Position numbers and translations under genes: made by a program
Source of the DNA: Eledone cirrhosa
Lineage: Eukaryota
Reading direction: 5' to 3'
NCBI GenBank assembly: GCA_964016885.1
Contig: OZ024742.1
Location: 218,984,001-219,048,000, forward strand
Length of the DNA: 64,000 nucleotides
Shown: positions 1 through 11,705 of the stretch, one piece after another
How positions within the stretch are numbered: the first letter of the stretch is position 1
How the letters are laid out: each line of letters starts with the position of its first letter
Notes under the pieces: generated by a model
Told to the model about the DNA's origin: nothing
The model's database searches: none
What the model saw: the letters and a program-made list of their open reading frames with translations, nothing else

Positions 1-1535
1 TTTTTTAGATTTCCGAGGCTCTCCTTCTTCTTCACTTAAAGAAGGAGAAGCAGCCACATCTGTCGATGAATAATCATCGTCAGGAGTGTGGGGTAGGGGT
101 ATGTTGTGTGGTGGTGGTGTTTCGGTGTGTATGTTTGTGGTAGTGTTTGATGGAGTGGGATGGGGTGGGGCTGTGTTCTTCAGGGGTGCTGTCTGTGTTC
201 TTCAGGGGTGCTGTCTGTGTTTTTTCTGTTGTTGTTGGTTGAGTGGCTGTTTGTTTTGGTGTGTTTGCTCGTTTCGTCTGTCGTTGTACTTGTGGTGGTG
301 GTGGTTGTTTTGGTGTTGGTGTTGGTAATAGTGTTTTTTTAATGATGTTGTGGTGTGTTTGTGAAGGACAGGAGGCCTATAGGTGTGCTGTGCTACCACT
401 GCGAAAACAATGAAGTTTTCGACCCCCCACCGTAATGTTTATTTTGTTGTCGTCGTCGATGACGACTTTTTCGGGTATTTTGGAGATTCTCTCCGGCCTC
501 ATTTGAATCAGAATCTCCAAATCAGTACCCGCTCACCTTTGTCTAATAGACTTTCGTATCGAAAGAATCATATCAGTCTCTGGCTCTACGAAGCCAGCCA
601 AGATCCACCAGATGTTAATGTTTGGTGGTATATTTTTAATTTTTATTTTTTGTGTCCTTTTTTCCATGTACGTAGGGAAAAAGGTGAATGCTTTTGACAC
701 CATTGGTGTCACAGAATGTTTTGGGGCGAGTGCCTTGCTTTTAAACAGTACGGAAACACTTCCGTACTGTTTTCCTCGTTGGAGAAAGTCAATAGTTCCT
801 AGAGTCTCCTTGAGGGTAGCTTCTTTATCTGCTTGACTAACAAATATCGACTTTCTCGTTGTGTTGGAGACAGTCCTAAAGGTCACTGTCCTTCGAACTG
901 CCTCTTCTTTTATTTCGTGGGCTGAGTTGATTCTAAACCCACCCTTGTCTTTGAAAGTTATACATTTTCTCCCTTGCTGGAGCATATCTCTTGCATTGGA
1001 GATGTCAAGATTTATAAAATCTTGTTTTTTGTTCACTGTTTCAGCGAAATACATTTTTTTTTGTGTGTGGTGTTGCTGTTGTTGTTGTTATCGTTGTTAC
1101 CCTCGGTGTTGGAAATCTCAGTTCCTTGACGAGGTGAAACTTTATATGTAGATATATCTGTGGAGTTGTTGATGTTGTCTTTTTCTCACATGTATGTATG
1201 TTAATAGGTTTAATCCCTGTTTTCCTGTGTGTTATTGTTATTTTTCTGTGCTTCGACGGTAGAAATTTTAAAATCTTCAAGTGGTAATATTTTTTTCTCT
1301 TTGTTGACAGTCGTATCTATGGCGACGTCCATAGTAACAGAAGCAGATATGACGTTAATATCTGCCTCTCTGCCTCTCTTCTCTCTCTCGAAGTTCTCTA
1401 GCGTTCTTTCCGAGCTATTCATGTTTTATAGTTGGCAAAATTTGATATTTTAAAACAATTTTTAAATTAAATTTTCGCCCCTAAAGGGGCGAAAAATGGG
1501 TTTACCACCCAGCTGACAATTCAGCTTGGGGGTTA
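1..1535 (-). mobile_element. L1/Tx1-clade LINE copy: 5'UTR and decayed ORF1; runs off the window start
   Basis: ORF 533-1054 aligns by eye with ORF1 at 12274-13658 (FRINSAHEIKEEAVRRTVTFRT vs FSINSPQELRREAVLKTVVFRT; NINIWWIL vs NVNIWWIL). Shared 5'UTR hairpin. 5' boundary approximate. Confidence 0.85.
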
Positions 1536-1637
1536 ATCTACAAAATGATATGTTTTATCAAACAATTAGTTCGTTTTTTTGCATAGAAATTAACAGAAAA
1601 GCTTAAAGGCGATGTTTCACGCGTCAGACAGATAAAG

Positions 1638-1704
<67 letters not shown>
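1638..1704. repeat. (GATA)n microsatellite
   Basis: Direct read. Confidence 0.95.
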
Positions 1705-1706
<2 letters not shown>

Positions 1707-2631
1707 TGCAATGCGGAAATTCCCTTCATTATCTCTCATCTCTCTGGAGATCTAAACGATTTCGGCATCTTCCGACAGTATCGTTACTTCCATTGGTGCC
1801 TAGCAGCGTTGATACTACCAGGGAATGTCTGAGTTTTATGGTCCACTCTATAGCACGATTGTTCTCGTTATCCATGCAGCTATCACCAGAATCGTGATAC
1901 TTTTATATACCTTTTACTATCATTCAAGCATTGTGATATTCACTCCTTACTGAAGGTTTGCTCTCTGCTCTCGATACTTGTCTTTCATTTAAATGCTTTT
2001 ACAATATCCATAATGAAGCATTTTCTGTCTCCCTCTCTAGTTCTTATATCTACTCTCCTTTCCGATTCTAATACCAGCCAGGTAGGACATGGTGGATTTA
2101 GTCACAAATTCCCGACATCCCAGCTCAACAGGAAGCTATGTTCCATGCCATCCTCGACCATTACACGATTCCTTTAAGCTTCTGATATTTTAAATAATTT
2201 ATTTCATGAACCTACTTCATATTTCCTTGCCAAAGTACTGTCAGTTCAATAATTAGTACTTTATTTTCTCGAGTCAAACCATGCCATGAGATAGTGCTGT
2301 TACAACAATAGGGCTTGAGAATATGAACTTGAGAATATAAGCTTGAGAATATGAGGTTTCCAGCCATTGGCGCCACGCAAGAGTCTGGGTACGAACGTTT
2401 CTTTTTTTTTCTCCCTAAGGCATTGTCCTTTCTTTGTGAAAAACAACAGAATGAGACCTTCTTTACATATGACAATAAATAGTAATGCGAACATACAATT
2501 AGAGTCTTGCACTCTGAAGTGAAAAGTAGGGAAACACTCCAATCAACCGAGATTATCTTCGCGATCTCCAGACCAAAATTCCTTTTAAAGAAATCAATCA
2601 AGGGAGACAACTTCCATAGCCCTGGGTGAGG

Positions 2632-2672
<41 letters not shown>

Positions 2673-3707
2673 TGAAAAAAATGGCGTGCTGCGTTGTTGC
2701 GAGTGTGAAACATCTGAATGAAAATTAGAGCGAGAAACGGGACAGTCCATCATCAGTGATCTTCTGACTATCATCGATATTTCTTCGCATTAAAGACCAG
2801 AAACCTCAAAATCAGTGCGAGTAATAACTAAGATAAGTTATTGGGACAGAGCGAATTTGGTGGAGAAAGTGGGACAGTAAACAAACAAAAGTAGTAATGC
2901 AACATACAGAGAGGAAATGAGAGACAAGTCAATAATATATGTGAACTTAAGTTCGAACAAATCAACGACGAGAAGATGGCAGACGCGTCCGAACCCTGCG
3001 AAATGTGAGCGGGAAAAGGATTTCACACAGGTCAGACGGGAGGAAGTGAGAGAGGGGGAGCAGCAGAGAGTGAGTGAGTGAAAGTGTGAGGAAGAGGCCA
3101 GCCGAGAGTGTGTGACCAGGTTGTCTTTTTCTATCACCTTACTGCTATCTTCCCCCCCCCCATCTCTCTCTTTGTACCTCTTGCTTTCATTCACTCCCTC
3201 TGCTGGTCACACTCTCTCGGCTGGCCTCTTCCTCACACTTTCACTCACTCATATATACATAGCGATGTATATATATGAATGTACGTATAGTATATCCTAT
3301 ATGTTTATTTAAAAACCTTTTGAAGTCCATTCGCTATGAATCTTAAAGTAGTGACCACGTCACGTACTTAATCTCGGAAAAAGCAATGGGGAGTAATCGA
3401 CGGTAGTATCATTTCTTACTTGTAAATGGTTATCAAGACGACATACCCCTTCGCTTCTACCGAGAATTATAGAAGCTGGATTCTTATAGGATTCCAGTTA
3501 TGTTTACGAGTTGTTTGAACTCATTAACAGCTCCACACCTTATATGCATGCCACAGGAATTCCAGTAATAGAGCAAAACAAATATACATTTTAAAAAAAA
3601 GCATTCAAATATCGTTATGAAAGCCTAAAGACGTAATTAAAATTTATCATTGACAAATTGTAAAATATAACGTTCAGTAACTATAGATATTTTACGAAAT
3701 ACCATAT

Positions 3708-3743
<36 letters not shown>

Positions 3744-4122
3744 CACTAAAATAGAGTTATAGGCATAGAGCTAGAAGATATAAGTTCAATTACAGTTATT
3801 GATTGAAGTTATAGAATTAATATTAATAGTCATTACTCTTTTTAATTGAAGTTTGAAAATTAATATTAATAGAATATACTAAGAAAATCAATAATTAGGA
3901 AGCATATAATAGTAATAAATAAATAATAATGTGATGATTTAGTGACTAAGAAACATTATAGAGGAGATTATTTTTCAGGATAAAATAGTGATTATAATAT
4001 AAAATAACTATAAAACAATCAAACCCATTCATACATATATACACTCATAAATATAGTACACACACACGCACATACACACACACATATATATATACATATA
4101 TATACATCCATAAACATCCATG

Positions 4123-4189
<67 letters not shown>

Positions 4190-4276
4190 CTATGAATTAA
4201 AATATTGGTTAATTAAATACAGAAGTCTAAGACGGATAAAAATTTATAAGCTAGTTTAATCTAGAGACAGGGTATC

Positions 4277-4403
4277 AAAGAAATATAAGACTAATATTCA
4301 AGGATGTTAAAGAAATATGAGACTAATATTCAAGGATGTTAAAGAAATATGAGACTAATATTCAAGGATGTTAAAGAAATATGAGACTAATATTCAAGGA
4401 TGT
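4277..4403 (+). repeat. 32-bp tandem repeat, about 4 copies
   Basis: Unit aaagaaatatgagactaatattcaaggatgtt starting at 4277, 4309, 4341, 4373. Confidence 0.95.
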
Positions 4404-4963
4404 ATATTCAACCAGGATCGAAGGATTTCGTAAAAGAAAGAGAAAAAACTTTATGTATGTTATGTTCTTATTCCTATACTGTACCTCACTACATATTATG
4501 CCTTATACTACGTTCCTAGTTTTGCAGTTAGTTTGCGGGCTTAGCTTGCAGACTATGCATTTCCTATCAGCACAGGAGGGGTCTTTGAAATGGTTATGTT
4601 TTACTAATTAGGGTTTATATGGGAATACCTGGTCTTTCAACTATCTTAATATTTAATTCGAGCTTGTCTAGGGCCATTCTAAATCGGCACTTTGTTCAAG
4701 CGATCATGCAACCTGAGTTTAATTTTATGCAATCCCACCCATACACACACCTTTGCATTACCTAAGGCCAATGCAGAAGGTATACACTTTGTTCGTTCGA
4801 CCCACAAGCTTCCTTTTTTTATATATATTATTAAAAAATTATGTTTTATAAAAATTAATCAGTAATATACATTACAACTCAATGAATAATATCACTTAGA
4901 ACATAATTCAGAAAAGTTTATAAATACAAATATCTCAAAGCTTCTCTGAATTATATTCTAAAC

Positions 4964-5261
4964 CAGTGGTCTCGAATCCTTTTTTATACCACGGAACTGC
5001 TTCATGTCGGACAATCTTTCCACGGACCAGTAGTTACACATGTGTTATTTATTTCGTCAAAGTGAGCGATAATAAAAAAAAAAAAGTGCAATTTATTAAA
5101 GTAGATGCACATTGAATATTCAAACAAATCTTCTTGAATTGAAGTCCAATATTCAATTTATCTATTATATAATTTTAAACAAGTTAATTATTTCTTTGCG
5201 GCCCGGTAGCAAATTATCCATGAACCGATACCGGTCCGCGACCCGGTGGTTGGGGTCATCG
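4964..5261. mobile_element. Decayed non-autonomous hAT (Charlie-like) element
   Basis: Ends cagtggtctcgaa ... gttggggtcatcg resemble CAGTGGTCCCCAAC-type TIRs; subterminal accggtccgcgacccgg motif. Confidence 0.55.
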
Positions 5262-5905
5262 AGCCTGTTTGAGGTGCACGCAGGGCAATGAAACCGCTCT
5301 GCACGCACTCAACCTGTGGGTTTATGTCAAGCACCTGCTGTAACGTGTAAGACGGATCTGACTATCAACCGAGTCCATTGTGAAGACGGCCCCGCCGGCT
5401 TCCCGTAGTGGAAAAGGACAGGCAGTTTTTATCTGCCTGGTGGCCATGGCGAAAGAGGTCGTGTGGTAGCCATGTTTGAAAGGGTTGAAGATAGCCACTT
5501 TCCTCTTCAGTAAATCCCTGATTAACTTTTTCAGGTTTCATTTGAAGAGGAAAATCAGAGTGAGGAGGGAAGTGTTGCATTCCAACCAGTTTGTTGAAAG
5601 ACGGGTGAGGGTCACGAGCATGGTCCGTGTGAATGGGCTTGCCCTGAGCATACATCTGTAGATTGGAGAAGAACAACTGCGAGAGGGCACTTTGTCCCAA
5701 CGGAGATGGTGACCATGACCTTTGTGGGATTGCTCTCCGATTGACCCTTGGAGTCTCCTCACCTTTGGGGAATTTGTTATGTTTGTTTTTTTTTCAATGT
5801 CTCTGTTATAAATTGTATTCTACACAAACAAACCCACACTGTATCGTCCTGTACCATCTGTAATGTTTCCTTAATGTGAGCTCTGTGTGGCTAATAAAGA
5901 AATTA
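5262..5905 (+). mobile_element. 5'-truncated L1/Tx1 copy: ORF2 C-terminus and 3'UTR
   Basis: ORF 5476-5661 (KGLKIATFL...FFRFHLKRKIRVRREVL...RVNGLALSIHL) matches the C-terminus of ORF 16799-17659; AATAAA near 5893. Confidence 0.8.
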
Positions 5906-6234
5906 TTACTATTAAACCTAGTTCGGACAAATTCATACATCCATTTATTCATTTACTTAATCAGTGGGGGTGGCGCGGAGGTTATGACTACTGTAGTTTG
6001 TTTAGTGTTGATTGTCACGAAAGGAAACAGGGCCAATGTTTATATATACCCACCATATCAAAAATCACAAAAGAAACAATGTATTCTTTGTTGAATCGCC
6101 TCTCTGAAAAGAAGATCGATAATGGAGTCGGGTCCATAACTTCTATCGGTGTCCATGAGCAAATCTTCTGCGGAACGCGTATAACAGGTCGATAAACAAT
6201 AAAAAAACTAACTACATTAAACGAAACTTCATCG

Positions 6235-6313
<79 letters not shown>

Positions 6314-7179
6314 AGAGAGGATTATAAAATATGGAAAGAGAGAGGAAGATAATATATAAAAAGAGAAGGGGCTATAATATATAGAGAAAGCGTTATTGGT
6401 TATCACGGAGCAGTTGGCTATTTATGAAGGTACCTGGAAAACCCCCTATCTCGGGAACCCGTCCTCCGATTTACGCGAAACTTGTTTTATTCCATTTGTA
6501 TTCCCATTTCAGGAGCAACTTCCTTTCAAAGTATTTTCCCATTATGCGCCGATTTTTTTTATTAGATTACAGACAAACACACAATCACAGTTTTAGTAGT
6601 ATATATATATATAGACACACACACACACACACACACACATGTACAAGGTGAGTCATAAGTAACCGGGAAGTCGACCATTTATATTCTAAATGAAAATATT
6701 TAAAATATTTACTAAAATTTGACCTCAACAACATTCAAATTCATAACGTAAAATATCTATAACAAAAATATCTTAGAGAAATACATATGATTAGAACTTT
6801 TTATTCACTGAGTATTAAGTCTTTCATATATTAATGCAATAACAAATTTCAAACAAAATTTAAAGTAGGATGTGAAAAGCTATATACCCTGAGGCAAGAT
6901 ATTTGACTAAAACACACTTGTTTCCATATATATATATATAAATATATATACGCTCATGCAGGCCCGAAGCAGGCAAAGATTTTTCTCAAAATGGATGTTG
7001 CGTGGTTGCTTCGGGGCGTTCTTAACTCTTGGGCCCCGGAACAAAGTACCGGCTTGAACCCCGCCCCCTCTCATAGGCCCTGCTATCATGTGCCTATATT
7101 CGGTGAGTGTCAAACTCATAACATAAATGTATGTCTCCTAGATAATAAAGGAATAGAAACAAAGAAGAAAATTGATGGC

Positions 7180-7253
7180 TGAACACTATAGGGATCGAAC
7201 TCACGACATTTGTGTTATTACCAAAAAACTCTAATCAAATAAGGTAATCGATC
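7180..7253 (-). pseudogene. tRNA-Ile(AAT)-like pseudogene or SINE head
   Basis: 74-nt reverse complement colinear with eukaryotic tRNA-Ile(AAT): TAATAA anticodon loop and GTTCGATCCC T-loop, but D-arm and stems mismatched. Confidence 0.6.
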
Positions 7254-7378
7254 TCTCGTTACTATGATACCCATCTTTTTCCGTTCAGTGGGTTTATACG
7301 ACCCATTATTAGACGTTATTTAATCAATGGTTACGGCGAAGGCTTCCATTTCTATTTCAATATTTATATATAGATAGG

Positions 7379-7516
7379 GTGGGGTTGTGTAGATGTTGTA
7401 GTTGTGCGTAGTCCCTGGCAGCTCATTCATCTCACCTCACATCTAGCTTAACCCCCAGTCATCACTTACGTAACAATAACCAGGAAATACGCACAACTAC
7501 ATCTACACAACCCCAC
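7379..7516. mobile_element. MITE-like insert with about 30-bp inverted ends in TA-rich DNA
   Basis: gtggggttgtgtagatg(ttg)tagttgtgcgta ... tacgcacaactacatctacacaaccccac. Confidence 0.6.
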
Positions 7517-7547
<31 letters not shown>

Positions 7548-7550
7548 TTT

Positions 7551-7776
7551 TTCGTTTCTGAATTTGTTTAGCAAGATTCTTTATCTGAAAACGTGTGTTG
7601 AAACCGATATTGTTATACTTTGGGAGGGTCATGTCGCCAATAAGAAACACACGCACCAGTTGCTTTCACTTGAATTTATTATAAATTAAATTTGTAAATT
7701 TATAATAAATTGAAGTGAAAGCAACTGGTGCGTGTGTTTCTTATTAGCAACATGACCCTCCCAAAGTATAACAATA
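7551..7776. mobile_element. PLE-like non-coding remnant with fold-back (arms about 7606-7685 and 7697-7776); same family as 8789-9268
   Basis: Near-identical to 8789-8930; internal inverted repeat; (TA)n flanks. Confidence 0.7.
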
Positions 7777-7781
7777 TATAT

Positions 7782-7866
<85 letters not shown>

Positions 7867-8054
7867 AGGTAAATATCTCTCTGAGTACTAAGTACCCATA
7901 GAGATAAATAGTGTGTCTATAATATAATTGGTGTTCAATGGTACTAATTCGAGATACCACAACTATAAAAATTAAGAAGAGCAGAACAAACAAACATTAA
8001 ACAATTCTTTAAAAAATAAAAAATAAATGATTTAAATATTTACCCGTTCATAAT

Positions 8055-8134
8055 GCTATTACTGGCGGTTTCGCTTTACAAAAGGTTAGAGATTCGGAGA
8101 ATTTCTAACGGAAAAATAAAGTTCATCAGATAGC
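8055..8134 (-). ncRNA. Type I hammerhead ribozyme, long stem II
   Basis: RNA: gcuau-CUGAUGA-(a cuuua..guuaga..ucuaac..uaaag c)-GAAA-c cgcca g-UA-auagc. Stem I is 5 bp perfect; GUA site; stem II base is A.C. Confidence 0.8.
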
Positions 8135-8450
8135 TATTTCCATACAGTAGGAAACTAGTCCCACAGTCTGCAAATATATTGCCAACTACCAGCTAGTGTG
8201 AGAGAGGCCGTTAGAATGACCCACACATGAACTGGCCACTAGAAAAAGCAGGAAATATTACAGACTCGTTAATGGCTATTCTGCTAAAGAAAATGGCAGT
8301 AAGCAGCAACGAATTTTTTTCTCAACATAGATAGGAGAATTCATAAAATGAGGTAAATATCTCTCTGAATACTAAGTACCCATAGATATAAATAGTGTGT
8401 CTATAATATAATTGGTGTTCAATGGTATTAATTCGAGATACTACAACTAT

Positions 8451-8635
8451 GGTTTCTTATATAGGCACAATCCAAGTCATTTGGGGGTAAGTAAAGTCGA
8501 TTAAATTGACCCCAGTGCGTGACTGGTACATTATTTTATCGACCCCGTAGGGATGAAACGCAAAGTTAACTTCGGCGGGATTTGAACTCAGACCGTAAAG
8601 GACCGTAACTCTATGCTGCAAAGCATGGCGCTCCA
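8451..8635 (-). mobile_element. tRNA-derived SINE family 1 nested in the PLE-like repeat
   Basis: Reverse complement contains gagttcaaatcccgccgaagttaactttgcgtttcatcc; flanked by duplicated aactat. Confidence 0.85.
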
Positions 8636-9000
8636 GAACTATAAAAATTAAGAAGAAAAGCGAAACCGCCGGTAATAGCATTATGAACGGGTAAATAATT
8701 AAATCATTTAAAATAAAATATTTTAAAGAATTGTTTAATGTTTGTTTGTTCTACTCTTCTTAATTTATATATATATATATATATATATTTCGTTTCTGAA
8801 ATTGTTTAGCAAGATTCTTTATCTGAAAACGTGTGTTGAAACCGATATTGTTACACTTTGGGAGGGTCATGTTGCCAATAGGAAACACACGCACCAGTTG
8901 CTTTCACTTCAATTTATTATAAATTAAATTTATAAATTTAGGAATTTATAAATTTCCGGTTGGTTGGTTGGTTCCACAACCAGACGATTGTTCATATATT

Positions 9001-9043
9001 GTCAAAGTTCTTTCGTCACACATTCTGTGACCTCATCAGTGAC
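9001..9043 (-). ncRNA. Minimal type I hammerhead
   Basis: guca-CUGAUGA-g-gucac agaaugu gugac-GAAA-g aa c-UU-ugac. Confidence 0.7.
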
Positions 9044-9069
9044 TGGGGATTCTTTTTGTTTTGGGGCCA

Positions 9070-9112
9070 GTTACTGAAGAGGTCACAGAATGTGTGACGA
9101 AAGAACTTTGAC
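9070..9112 (+). ncRNA. Minimal type I hammerhead (mirror copy)
   Basis: guua-CUGAAGA-g-gucac agaaugu gugac-GAAA-g aa c-UU-ugac. Confidence 0.65.
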
Positions 9113-9557
9113 AATATATGAACAATCGTCTGGTTGTGGAACCAACCAACCAACCGGAAATTTATAAATTCCTAAATTTATAAATTTAATTTATAATAAA
9201 TTGAAATGAAAGCAACTGGTGCGTGTGTTTCTTATTGGCAACATTACCCTCCCAAAGTATAACAATATATATATATATATACACACAGATATATGCATAT
9301 ATGTATGTATGTATGTATATTTTTATATGTATATATGTGTGTGTATGTGTGTATGTGTGTGTATTTCCTTTTCTCACTAGTCAGTTCTTTCGTTGCTACA
9401 GATCACGCGGCTGAATTAGCGGTCGCTATTTTCAATTTTCAAAGCCCTTTAAACTGTATGTTATTACTCTGAGGTTTATTCCTTGTCGAGTGCTTGGCTG
9501 CACTGCTGAAGGCATTCGTTGGCTTAGCTGGGGATCGAACTTCGAATATGCTGTACT

Positions 9558-9596
<39 letters not shown>

Positions 9597-9641
9597 AGTA
9601 GCAACGAAGTGTCAGAGTATCATCATTAAGTTTATTCAGGT

Positions 9642-9724
9642 GTGACGCGTGTTTCGCGATTGATCAGTTAAAGGTTCGATCAATATCGATCGGGCCCGAC
9701 TCTGAAATCAATAGCTCATCAGAC
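9642..9724 (-). ncRNA. Hammerhead with extended, possibly branched stem II
   Basis: gu-CUGAUGA-gc u auugau..aucaau c gc-GAAA-c acgc g-UC-ac. Stem I is weak. Homologs at about 21752-21830 and 59932-60022. Confidence 0.65.
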
Positions 9725-9876
9725 TCTTGGTTTCGTTAATGCTGTTGTGTTGTCTCATATGTATATTTCCGGCGGCTTGTTCTATATCGTGGAGCCTAGA
9801 TTCAATATTCTGCAATAAAATCCAGGGCGGGGCTAATGATGAGGACATGCTTCTGTCCATTCGCCCCACGTATTCG

Positions 9877-9919
<43 letters not shown>

Positions 9920-10311
9920 CTCTCTCTATATATATATATATAATTAAAGTTTACTGCCCTCAAATGAATGTGTGTGTTTCTTTCCTGTCTATTTTATCTA
10001 CACATCTGTCACTTTATCTATTTTCTGTCGTCTATCAGTTCGTATTTGTCTGTACGTCTGTCCATCCCTCTGAGTGTGTATGTGTCTATATCTATTTATT
10101 CCAGAAATCTCAGTCTCAAGAAGTCAAAGGAGCCATTATGTCCTGGGGGAGGGGTCCAGTGTGACAAACATGTGATGAGAGGGAGATGTGTGATTTCCAC
10201 AGACTTATAATGCTAATCTGCGAACAGCTGATAGGTTAATATTTATTTTTTTTTTCTTTTCATCAGAATATGATAGTAGAGCGGGATATGTGAATTAGTA
10301 CAAAACACAGG

Positions 10312-10525
10312 CAGGGGCGGTGGAAGCATTTCTGAATTGGGAGGGGCAGCGAATTTGAATAAAGTGATTATTTTAGCTCTTTGAACTCTAAAATGGTCAG
10401 AAAACTTCGATAACATGTACATAAATTGTAACGCATATCCAAATACATGTGTGTTTTGGTAGTTTGGCGAGAAAATATAATTATGGAGGAGGAATGCCCT
10501 CCCCGCTTCAGTTCCACCGCCACTG
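10312..10525. mobile_element. hAT-like MITE
   Basis: TIRs caggggcggtggaa / ttccaccgccactg; no clear 8-bp TSD. Confidence 0.6.
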
Positions 10526-10644
10526 TATAAATATATATTTTTTTTAAATTATGCTCTGTGCCCTTTCCTAAGGAGTTAATATATTGAGCTTCTTCGCATT
10601 TGGTAATAAACTGGTATTATACCCAATTTATTCATCTATTTTTA

Positions 10645-10830
10645 TTACTATTTTTCCCACCCTTTCACGTTTTTCCTGTTAACTCCCCCCTCACTCCCTC
10701 TCGGAGTTCCTCCCTACTTTCCCGATGAAGGACTTATGTCCAAAACGTCATAATCGCCGCCATTCTCACCAAACGTGAAGCTAATAACACTATATACTAT
10801 TGACCCCTGCGTTTGTTTGTCATTTTGAAC
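10645..10830 (+). mobile_element. PLE-like 3' remnant with decayed minimal HHR; relatives at about 33255-33445, 36295-36470 and 55660-55790
   Basis: ccgatga-a-ggac ttat gtcc-aaaa-cgtc. Relatives read ttgacga-a-gggc ttat gccc-gaaa-cgtc and ttaaga-a-gggc ttaa gccc-gaca-cgtc. All end in (TA)n. Confidence 0.65.
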
Positions 10831-11114
10831 TATATATATATATACACACACAGAATGTAGAAAAGTGACACACGAGTTGATATATATAAACAAATAGTAA
10901 AAAGGAAAAAAATGAAGTAGAAAATGCTGGAGGGTTTTTTTCAGTATAATATCAAAACACTTATTTATCAAGTGGGGATTTCCGCATTTAATCGTGGTAC
11001 CGGTTTCAGCATTATATGTTTTTTCAACGACGGGAGTGTCAAGTGCAGTTAAATTGAATATTTATACGAATAATAATAAAATGGAGAAGAAACATTATTA
11101 GTTTTTACATATAG

Positions 11115-11272
11115 GGCGGTGGATTGGCAGTATCGGACACCATGCTTTATGATCTGAGTTCAAATCCCGCCGAGGTTAACTTTGCCTTTCATCCTTACGG
11201 GGTCGATAAAATAAAGTACCAGTAATGTACTGGTGAATTGCTGGCCTTGTGCCTAAAATAGAAACAATTATT
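11115..11272 (+). mobile_element. tRNA-derived SINE family 1
   Basis: A-box tggcagtatcgg, B-box gagttcaaatcc, core gcctttcatccttacggggtcgataaaat; TSD ttattagtttttacata. Confidence 0.9.
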
Positions 11273-11513
11273 AGTTTTTACATACATATTTAGAGAGGAA
11301 AGTTCATGTTTCTGTCCGACACTCTCTTTCGATCTCTGCTAGCAATATGGCTATTGGTGAGTTGTGTTACTTACTCTAAATTTTCAACTGCGCACTCACA
11401 GTATCATCAGTCTTGTTTGACGAGTACACAGGTGAGACTTCAGAGCAACAAGGCTTAGTCATACATAATAAATGACTATTTAAACTCTACATCGGTATTG
11501 AGTTTTCATTATT

Positions 11514-11705
11514 ACGGTGGATTGGCAGTATCGGTAGAGGGTCAGACGCCATGCTTTGACGCATAGAGTTACGGTCCTTGCCATTCTGAGTTCAAATCCC
11601 GCCGAGGTTAACTTTGCCTTTCATCCTCACGGAGTCGATGAAATAAAGTAGCAGTAATGCACTGGGTAATTGCTTGCCTTGTGCCAAAAGTAGAAACAAT
11701 TATTA
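11514..11705 (+). mobile_element. tRNA-derived SINE family 1
   Basis: Same consensus; tagaaacaattatta tail. Confidence 0.9.

Larger units (their letters stand above)
7861..8768 (-). mobile_element. PLE pLTR/retrozyme-like insert: 484-bp partial tandem plus inverted tail, with a nested SINE
   Basis: 7861 repeats at 8345; 8657-8768 is the inverse of about 7968-8077; (TA)n flanks; HHR inside. Confidence 0.75.
8789..9268. mobile_element. Fold-back PLE-like insert; about 200-bp arms (8846-9046 and 9067-9268) with two divergent HHRs
   Basis: Arms are reverse complements with few mismatches; (TA)n flanks. Confidence 0.8.

Noticed and set aside
1720-2200. Possible pogo-like DDE transposase remnant on the minus strand
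   Set aside because: Only vague motif resemblance with many stops.
2720-2762. CTGATGA-like motifs
   Set aside because: No correctly placed GAAA or stems on either strand.
11372-11426. Minus-strand CUGAUGA-hairpin-GAAA motif
   Set aside because: Stem I can form only across an 11-nt bulge, so it was not counted as an HHR.
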